Positions 57,724 to 64,000 of a DNA stretch of 64,000 bases are shown in pieces (positions within the stretch are counted from its first letter, which is position 1; each line of letters starts with the position of its first letter). Where the stretch lies: IMG/VR virus record IMGVR_UViG_3300035698_029289, positions 1-64,000 of that record; one strand, written 5' to 3'. The notes under the pieces were generated by a model, which was not told where the DNA came from, made no database searches, and worked only from the letters and a program-made list of their open reading frames with translations. The translations under genes were made by a program, and so were the position numbers. Source of the DNA: a virus.

Positions 57724-59022
57724 ATGGGATGGTTAAGTAATATGTGGGGAAAAGTTCAGGATGTTTGGGGAGGAGGGCTTCCGGCACGGCCACAAGAACA
57801 GAGGCCAATTCTTCCTTTAGGAGTAGGTCCTGCGGGAATTACGCCACCATGGGGAGCTAGGCCAGTTCAGGCTGCTGCTCCAACTACACCTCAAACTCAA
57901 TGGAGGACTCCTGAGCAAGAAGCTCAATTAAGGGCTTTTGATATTGCTCAGCGCAGTGGTGGAGTACCATCTGGTGGAAGTTATCCAGGAGCAGCTCCAG
58001 GGCCAGCAACAGCAGGGCCAGCAGCAGCAGGGCCAACAGGTCCTTCTGCAGAAGAGATAGCAAGACAAAGAGAATTGGAAGAGATTGAAGGCATATTCGG
58101 ACAAACTAAAGACTATCTTGGAACTCTCGAAGCACGATATCGGGAAGAACTTCCGGCATCTGAGCAGAGAGTAGCAACTTCTTATGAAGCAGCATTAGTT
58201 CCCATTGAGGAAAGAGCTGCTACTCAAGCAGGTCTTATTTCAGGTCAGGAGGAAACGGTTTCGAAAGAAGAGGCTTCTGCCTTGGCTCAAGCTCGCCAGC
58301 GCTATGGTGAACTTCAACAGGGAATTATTTCTCGGTTTGGAGCTGGAACCTCAGCAGGACCAGCAGCAAGCGAGATTTTGGCAAGGGAGACACAGAGAAC
58401 GTTTGCGGGTGTTCAAGAAGCAGCTCAAACAGCCATGACTGATCTTACTTCAGAGTCACGACGGCTTTCAGATTTTGTCGGCAGACAAAAGGAAGTCCTG
58501 GCAAAACAAAAAGCCGATAGCATCAAAGAAATTAGACTCAAGTTCAATGCTGGATTGGCTCAAATTCAAGCGATGAAAGGTCAATCAGAGATAGAAAAAG
58601 CAAAGGCTCGCCTTGGAACAATGCAAGCATATCAACAGCAGGCATTTCAAATTGCACAGGCAGACAAAGCCTTTGAAAGACAACTGGAGTTATTCGAAAC
58701 AACCAAACAGGATCAACTATCACAGCAATTCATAACGAAGACTGGAATTGCACCTGAGGCAGCTTTAACATATCAAAGACTTCTAGCGGGTGGCAAAGGA
58801 TATACACCGGCCGCAGCAGCAGAAGTAATGGAATTTCCAACCACTGGATTCGGAGGAGGAGTAAGTCCTTTCGCTACGGGATGGCAACATGACCCTGCTT
58901 CTAATATTTGGTATAACGAACAAACGGGAGAAAGGCTTCCTTACGGACAATCTCCGGGAGGAGCAGGGCAAGGTATGGGTGCGGGAAGTATGTACGACTT
59001 GAATATACCAGGTCAAGGATAA
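57724..59022 (+). CDS. internal virion / ejection protein
   Basis: Gln/Ala/Gly-rich coiled coil; RBS GGGAGGTGA; post-nozzle position. Confidence 0.7.
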   Translation: MGWLSNMWGKVQDVWGGGLPARPQEQRPILPLGVGPAGITPPWGARPVQAAAPTTPQTQWRTPEQEAQLRAFDIAQRSGGVPSGGSYPGAAPGPATAGPAAAGPTGPSAEEIARQRELEEIEGIFGQTKDYLGTLEARYREELPASEQRVATSYEAALVPIEERAATQAGLISGQEETVSKEEASALAQARQRYGELQQGIISRFGAGTSAGPAASEILARETQRTFAGVQEAAQTAMTDLTSESRRLSDFVGRQKEVLAKQKADSIKEIRLKFNAGLAQIQAMKGQSEIEKAKARLGTMQAYQQQAFQIAQADKAFERQLELFETTKQDQLSQQFITKTGIAPEAALTYQRLLAGGKGYTPAAAAEVMEFPTTGFGGGVSPFATGWQHDPASNIWYNEQTGERLPYGQSPGGAGQGMGAGSMYDLNIPGQG

Positions 59023-59031
59023 GGAGTAACT

Positions 59032-62000
59032 ATGCCGAATAACGCTTTACAGGAAGCAACCAGTTTCTTTAGGCGTGGCGTGGCTACAATAAAGTCTCTT
59101 CCGAAAAAGATTAAGAAAGCAGTCGTGCCAAGCCTGGAAAAGTTAGAACGTGACTATCAAAAAGAAGTCGCAAAGGCTTTTAGTGGTTACAAAAAGCTCA
59201 AAGTAAGTTACCCCGGACAAATCGCTCAAAGAGCCTATCAGTTGGCAAGGGCTAGACCAGCAGAGCGTCTTCAAGTCTTCAAAGGAGTCCCAGAAGCCGC
59301 TTGGAAAGGAATAATAAAGCCTTTGGTGAAACCGCTCGGAGAAATTCCTGTTATGCCAGCTGGAGGGTTTTTTCAACCGCCTCCAACTGAAATTAAAACT
59401 ACTGGCCCAAAACCTTGGCAATTTAAAGTTACAACCAAGCCAAGAGAAGAACCACCAATTAAATTAAAAGAATTCTTCGAGCCAAAAGAATATATCGGCG
59501 GCAAAGTAGGAAGGGCAATATCAGGAACAATTTACGACATTATCGGTTCTTTAACGCCAGAACACTACATTAGAGCGATTCCCAAATTTGGCTATAAAAT
59601 TTCTCCAAAAGGTGCATTTAAAGGGGCTTTGTCTATGCTTGGCATTTCTCAAATCTTGAAGAAATTGAACACAGGCAAAGACTTAACTAAAGAAGAGGCG
59701 GCTGTAGTTGGAATAATGGGGGCAGTCATTGGAGCGGTGGAACCCCGCCCACTTAGTTCAGCTTCTACCACGGAATTAGGAGCGGCTCGGAAAAGATTGG
59801 CTAAAAATTATGGTTTTGAGTTAAAAGATTTTAGTAATTCGGAGATATTAAAAAGGAAAGCGACAAAGGTTTGGTTAGATATTCATCCAGACAGACATCC
59901 AGAGAATCCTGCTGCTTATGAAAAACCAATGGCTCAATTCAACCGAGATTTTGAAATCGTTAGTTCTGCTAAACCTCCCTCTCTCAAGCTACCGAATATT
60001 TTAGAGTGGCTCAAAACCCTGTGGAGTAAACCAAAAGCAGGAGAAAAGGCTTTAATAAAGGTTAAGCAACCACCTGTTGGAATGCCTCCTGTTCCAGTCG
60101 GAGCAGGTCCCCTTGTTCCTGTGGGTCCACCACCTCCACCAAGTGCCATAGTTCCGCCCAAACTGCCAATTGGAGAGGGCAGGATTTCTCCAGCCGAACA
60201 GCAACGAATAACCCAAATGAAAATTAGCGAAGCCGAGACTAAGGCAATAGAAGAAATGAAGCCGAAGCTAAGAGTCCGGGGAGCATTGGAGGGATTGCCA
60301 CTTGAGGCGGCAATTCCGACACCGCTGGAAGAAGCGATAAGGGCAAAAGAACCTAGAATCAAAATAGAACCAGAACCTTTGGTAAAAGTTAGGCCACCAG
60401 TAGAGAAAGCCCCAGCAATTCCCACAGAACTAGAACCATTTAAATTTCAAGATGTCAACCAAGAGAAAATTATACACATGGAGTGGGATAAAGGAAATCC
60501 ATATCGTCACGATCTTGAAGGTGCTGGAGATATTTTCAGAGAATTAACAAAAAGAAGGTCTGACTTTGGTTATATTACAGAAAAGGTAAATAGAATTGAT
60601 AGGCTACTAACCGGCATTGAAACTGGGAAATTACATCCAGATGATAGCTTGGAGGCAGCATTGAAGCAAAATGCTGATAGATTAAAACAACTTGAAAGTC
60701 TTTGGAATAAACAACCAATTACAAACGAGGCACAAGGCGTAGCAAGAGACTTAAATATTGCGTTGATTAAGGGAGATTATAAAACCGCAAGAACACTACT
60801 TGAACAAATAAAATCTCCAGATTTCTACGCCCAAGTTACTAAAGAAGTAAAACCACCAGTAGAGAAAGTGCCAGGCGTATCAATAGATGTAGCTGAACTC
60901 GATAGGGCTGTAGCGAAGCTACCGAAAGAACCCGTTGATAATATTATTGCAAAGATTAAGGAAAAACTTGCAGTAGAGACTAATTCTCTTGAGGTTTCTG
61001 CTCTTCGACAAGAATTAAAGGTGTTTATAGAAGGGAAAAAGATGGGTGCTACCGAATTTCCTAATATGGAATTATCAGCTGAACTTAACAAGTTAACTCG
61101 GGATGGTGTTCCAGTAGCAGAGGCACTAGAAAGGGTTTTATCAAAACCATCAACAGAAGAAGCATTAGGGGTAGCAAAAGAAGCCAGAATTTTGGCTGAA
61201 GCAAGAAAAGAAGTTAAAGAAGAGTTTGGAGCGGGCTATGAATTGAAAACTGGGGGAGAACTACAAAACATTCTAAAAAGAATGGTTCCTACAAAAGAAG
61301 GAGAATGGTCATTGCCTCGAATTATAGATGGAGAACCGGTAAAGTGGGATGAAATCGGCAGAGACTTAGGTTTCCCCGGCAAGAAGTTTAAGGAAATAGA
61401 ACTGACAGAGGGAGAAAATGTTGTTGTTGATGCTGATCTCTACAATATGTTTGTTCAACTCAAGGGCGGTCAACCGGGTGCCAGACCGACAAGAATAAAA
61501 GTGAGGAAGCCAAGAATTTCAAAAGCCAGAATCAAGAAGTGGCATGAGAAATTGCCTTCAGAAGCTTTCAAGGTAGTTCAAAACTACTTGGGTGAAGTTA
61601 CGGGGGTAGTCGTTGAGCCTAGCAAGAAGGTTAGAGCTAAAATTATTTCACGGGAGCTACAACCAAAGATAAAAGAAGAAAGAGAGTTTTTGAAAAGCCT
61701 CGGGAAAGCCCCTTCTTTGCCAAAGCAAGTTGACAAGATTGCGAGAATGATAAGAAAGGCGACAGATGATGCTCTCAAAAAGAAGATTGCCACTAGAACC
61801 ACAGAAGCGGGCAATGAGGTTCCAATAATAAGAGGCGGTCAAACTATAGGTCGAGAGTTAGTTGATGATGCGAGCAAACTAAAAGACATTCGTTCAATAG
61901 AAAAAATTGGTGTTGATTATGAGCGGAATTTCGAGAAAGTGTTTGGGGATAGAATAGGATTGGTAAAGAGAGAAATCCTTAATCCTTATCTTGATGCTAA

Positions 62001-64000
62001 AACTGAGAGGTCGGACTTTGAAGCAATGAAAAGAGAAGAGTTAACGGAAAAAATTGTTGAGAAATATGGTATCCGCAAGGGGTCGAAAGAATCGGCGGCA
62101 GTCCAGGCATATGGAGAAAAAGAGATGAGCCTGGAAGATTTGCAGAAAGGGTTCCCCGAAAAATGGGAAGGCATTGTTAAGGCGGATGAATGGTTTAGAA
62201 AAGAATATGACGCACTTCTTCTAAAAGTCAACAAGATTAGGGTGCAAATAGGGAAAAAACCAATCGAGGCACGAGAGGATTATTATCGTCACTTTTGGGA
62301 ACTATCTGGCTTTGAGGGGTTTGTCAATGTTTTCAGACAAAGCTATGAAGTCGATCCTCTCTTGGTCGGTGTTTCCGAGTATACCCAACCCATTAGCCGC
62401 TGGTTGTCTTTCGCCCAGCGACGATTCGGAATCGGCGGTTATAAAATGGATGCCATCGGCGGCTATCTTAATTATCTCAAGCCGGCAAGTTATGCCATTT
62501 ATATCGATCCTCATATCGGGAAATTTAGGGCATTGAAAGATGCATTAGCGGAACAGACAAAAGACACCAAACACTTGAACAACTTTATTTGGTTTTTGAA
62601 TCAATATGCCAATGGGTTGGCAGGTAAAACTAATGCCCTTGATCGCCCTATCAACGATATCTTGGGGCGGAAGTTGAGCATTTTGGTTAGAGGTTTAAAT
62701 CGACGAATTAAAAACAATATCATCTTGGGGAACCTTAGTCCACAATTGGCTCAAGTTCTTAACCTTCCTCAGTCATTGGCGACTGCTGGAGTGAAAAATA
62801 ATATGGCAGCAAGTTGGGAGGCGATCACAAATGGCATTGTTAGGGAAAAAGGGAAAGACTTTGTTTTTGAAAACTCGGGGTTCATACGCGAAAGAAGTCG
62901 GGCATATAAGAAATTCGATCCCACTTTATTTGAGAAACCGAGTCAACTTGCTGGATGGATTGGCAGGACACTAGAAGAACTTACCACACGAATTACTTGG
63001 GGAGCCCAATTTAGAAGTGCTATTGAAAGGGGGCTGGACAAAGAAGAGGCAATCCGTTTTGCGGAAAGAGAAACAAAGAGAGTAATGGCTGGACGGTTAG
63101 TCGGAGATTTGCCGATTGCCTATCAATCCCAATATCTTGGCAATATGGCTTTAGCTTTTCAACTTGAGGTTGGCAATGCAATTCTTTATTACAAGGATAT
63201 TGTTTCAGAGCAAATTCCTTTTACTAAAGGTTGGAAAAAAGTTCTTGGAACTCTTGTCAAATTAATGGTTTGGTCATGGGCATTTAATGCAGTATTTAAG
63301 AGGATGCGTGGGAATAAGCCACTTTTAGACCCAATAGATGCTGTTACTGATGCTCTTTTCGAAGAAGACATGACTGCTCTTGAAAGAGGAGGAAGGCTGG
63401 TTGGTGAATTCCTTGCAAATGTTCCGGGCGGACACTACCTTGCTCGACTTTATCCCGAGGAAGGAATTATGATACCGACAGCAATAGAAGAAGAACCGAT
63501 TCGTTTGCCGACCAGAAGAGCATTGTTCGGAAGAGAATTTGCGGGAAGATGGGGGGTTCCACCCGTTATTTCCGGCCTGACTAGGCCCGAATTGATTATC
63601 CCTCAGGTGGGAGGAGCTCAAATCAAAAAAACATGGGACGCTTGGCAGGCAGTCAAGCGCGGAGCTTCCGTCACTGCTACTGGTAGGGAAAGATTTCCCA
63701 TTGAAGGCCTTGCTGATAAAATCCAAGCCCTTCTTTTCGGACAATATTCAATCCCAGAAGCGCAAGAATATTTTGATGAACTGGAGAAAATTGATAGGCT
63801 CAAAAGACAAGAAATTAGCGAACGTATGGATGAGGCTGCTACTGCCATGGCTTTTATCAGAGATTACCAACGAGTGGCAACTCCGGAAGAACGATTAAAG
63901 ATTTTCAATGATTATAAAAGCAAGGGATTGCTTAATGAAAGAGTTGAAGCAAGAATCAAGCGATATGTAAAGGAACAAAGGAAGGAAATCGGAGTAACCG
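59032..64000 (+). CDS. giant ejection / polyvalent protein (>1650 aa, truncated by window)
   Basis: ATG 59032 after AAGGAG; frame appears open to the end and is absent from the track because it has no stop; J-domain at about 59785-59961. Confidence 0.85.
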   Translation, partial: MPNNALQEATSFFRRGVATIKSLPKKIKKAVVPSLEKLERDYQKEVAKAFSGYKKLKVSYPGQIAQRAYQLARARPAERLQVFKGVPEAAWKGIIKPLVKPLGEIPVMPAGGFFQPPPTEIKTTGPKPWQFKVTTKPREEPPIKLKEFFEPKEYIGGKVGRAISGTIYDIIGSLTPEHYIRAIPKFGYKISPKGAFKGALSMLGISQILKKLNTGKDLTKEEAAVVGIMGAVIGAVEPRPLSSASTTELGAARKRLAKNYGFELKDFSNSEILKRKATKVWLDIHPDRHPENPAAYEKPMAQFNRDFEIVSSAKPPSLKLPNILEWLKTLWSKPKAGEKALIKVKQPPVGMPPVPVGAGPLVPVGPPPPPSAIVPPKLPIGEGRISPAEQQRITQMKISEAETKAIEEMKPKLRVRGALEGLPLEAAIPTPLEEAIRAKEPRIKIEPEPLVKVRPPVEKAPAIPTELEPFKFQDVNQEKIIHMEWDKGNPYRHDLEGAGDIFRELTKRRSDFGYITEKVNRIDRLLTGIETGKLHPDDSLEAALKQNADRLKQLESLWNKQPITNEAQGVARDLNIALIKGDYKTARTLLEQIKSPDFYAQVTKEVKPPVEKVPGVSIDVAELDRAVAKLPKEPVDNIIAKIKEKLAVETNSLEVSALRQELKVFIEGKKMGATEFPNMELSAELNKLTRDGVPVAEALERVLSKPSTEEALGVAKEARILAEARKEVKEEFGAGYELKTGGELQNILKRMVPTKEGEWSLPRIIDGEPVKWDEIGRDLGFPGKKFKEIELTEGENVVVDADLYNMFVQLKGGQPGARPTRIKVRKPRISKARIKKWHEKLPSEAFKVVQNYLGEVTGVVVEPSKKVRAKIISRELQPKIKEEREFLKSLGKAPSLPKQVDKIARMIRKATDDALKKKIATRTTEAGNEVPIIRGGQTIGRELVDDASKLKDIRSIEKIGVDYERNFEKVFGDRIGLVKREILNPYLDAKTERSDFEAMKREELTEKIVEKYGIRKGSKESAAVQAYGEKEMSLEDLQKGFPEKWEGIVKADEWFRKEYDALLLKVNKIRVQIGKKPIEAREDYYRHFWELSGFEGFVNVFRQSYEVDPLLVGVSEYTQPISRWLSFAQRRFGIGGYKMDAIGGYLNYLKPASYAIYIDPHIGKFRALKDALAEQTKDTKHLNNFIWFLNQYANGLAGKTNALDRPINDILGRKLSILVRGLNRRIKNNIILGNLSPQLAQVLNLPQSLATAGVKNNMAASWEAITNGIVREKGKDFVFENSGFIRERSRAYKKFDPTLFEKPSQLAGWIGRTLEELTTRITWGAQFRSAIERGLDKEEAIRFAERETKRVMAGRLVGDLPIAYQSQYLGNMALAFQLEVGNAILYYKDIVSEQIPFTKGWKKVLGTLVKLMVWSWAFNAVFKRMRGNKPLLDPIDAVTDALFEEDMTALERGGRLVGEFLANVPGGHYLARLYPEEGIMIPTAIEEEPIRLPTRRALFGREFAGRWGVPPVISGLTRPELIIPQVGGAQIKKTWDAWQAVKRGASVTATGRERFPIEGLADKIQALLFGQYSIPEAQEYFDELEKIDRLKRQEISERMDEAATAMAFIRDYQRVATPEERLKIFNDYKSKGLLNERVEARIKRYVKEQRKEIGVT

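Noticed and set aside
59143-63898. Short ORFs listed in the track in the last 5 kb
   Set aside because: All lie within the single large plus-strand ORF starting at 59032

Overview
A 64-kb segment of a tailed dsDNA phage genome in standard genetic code 11. It looks podovirus-like: P22-type portal, SU10/DUF5309-type capsid, adaptor/nozzle and large ejection proteins, and no tape measure or sheath in this window. GGNGGTGA ribosome-binding sites and the gene content suggest a Patescibacteria (Microgenomates-like) host; this is inference. Layout: 1-4.2 kb small leftward early genes; 4.25-4.76 kb skewed non-coding region; 7.1-9.8 kb leftward operon of 14 tRNAs interleaved with ORFs and two unexplained structured RNAs; 12-16.7 kb ParB-like gene, small terminase and split large terminase; 16.9-22 kb head genes; 23-45.5 kb about 20 glycosyl-, methyl-, sulfo- and nucleotidyl-transferases around a Thr-rich collagen-like fibre; 46-64 kb tail and ejection genes, an intein-containing metallophosphoesterase and several free-standing endonucleases. 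Main observations: (1) a five-copy sigma70 promoter -> conserved 2x1 internal-loop hairpin -> intrinsic terminator unit in front of late gene blocks, with a DUF2292/YezD-like gene directly upstream of the first copy (candidate RNA-hairpin antitermination system); (2) HNH cassettes that sit in the last codons of genes, supply a recoded C-terminus and leave the old C-terminus stranded downstream; (3) ORFs punctuated by tRNAs; (4) a J-domain inside the giant ejection protein; (5) a large candidate virion-glycosylation island. All family assignments are from motif recognition by eye, not database searches.
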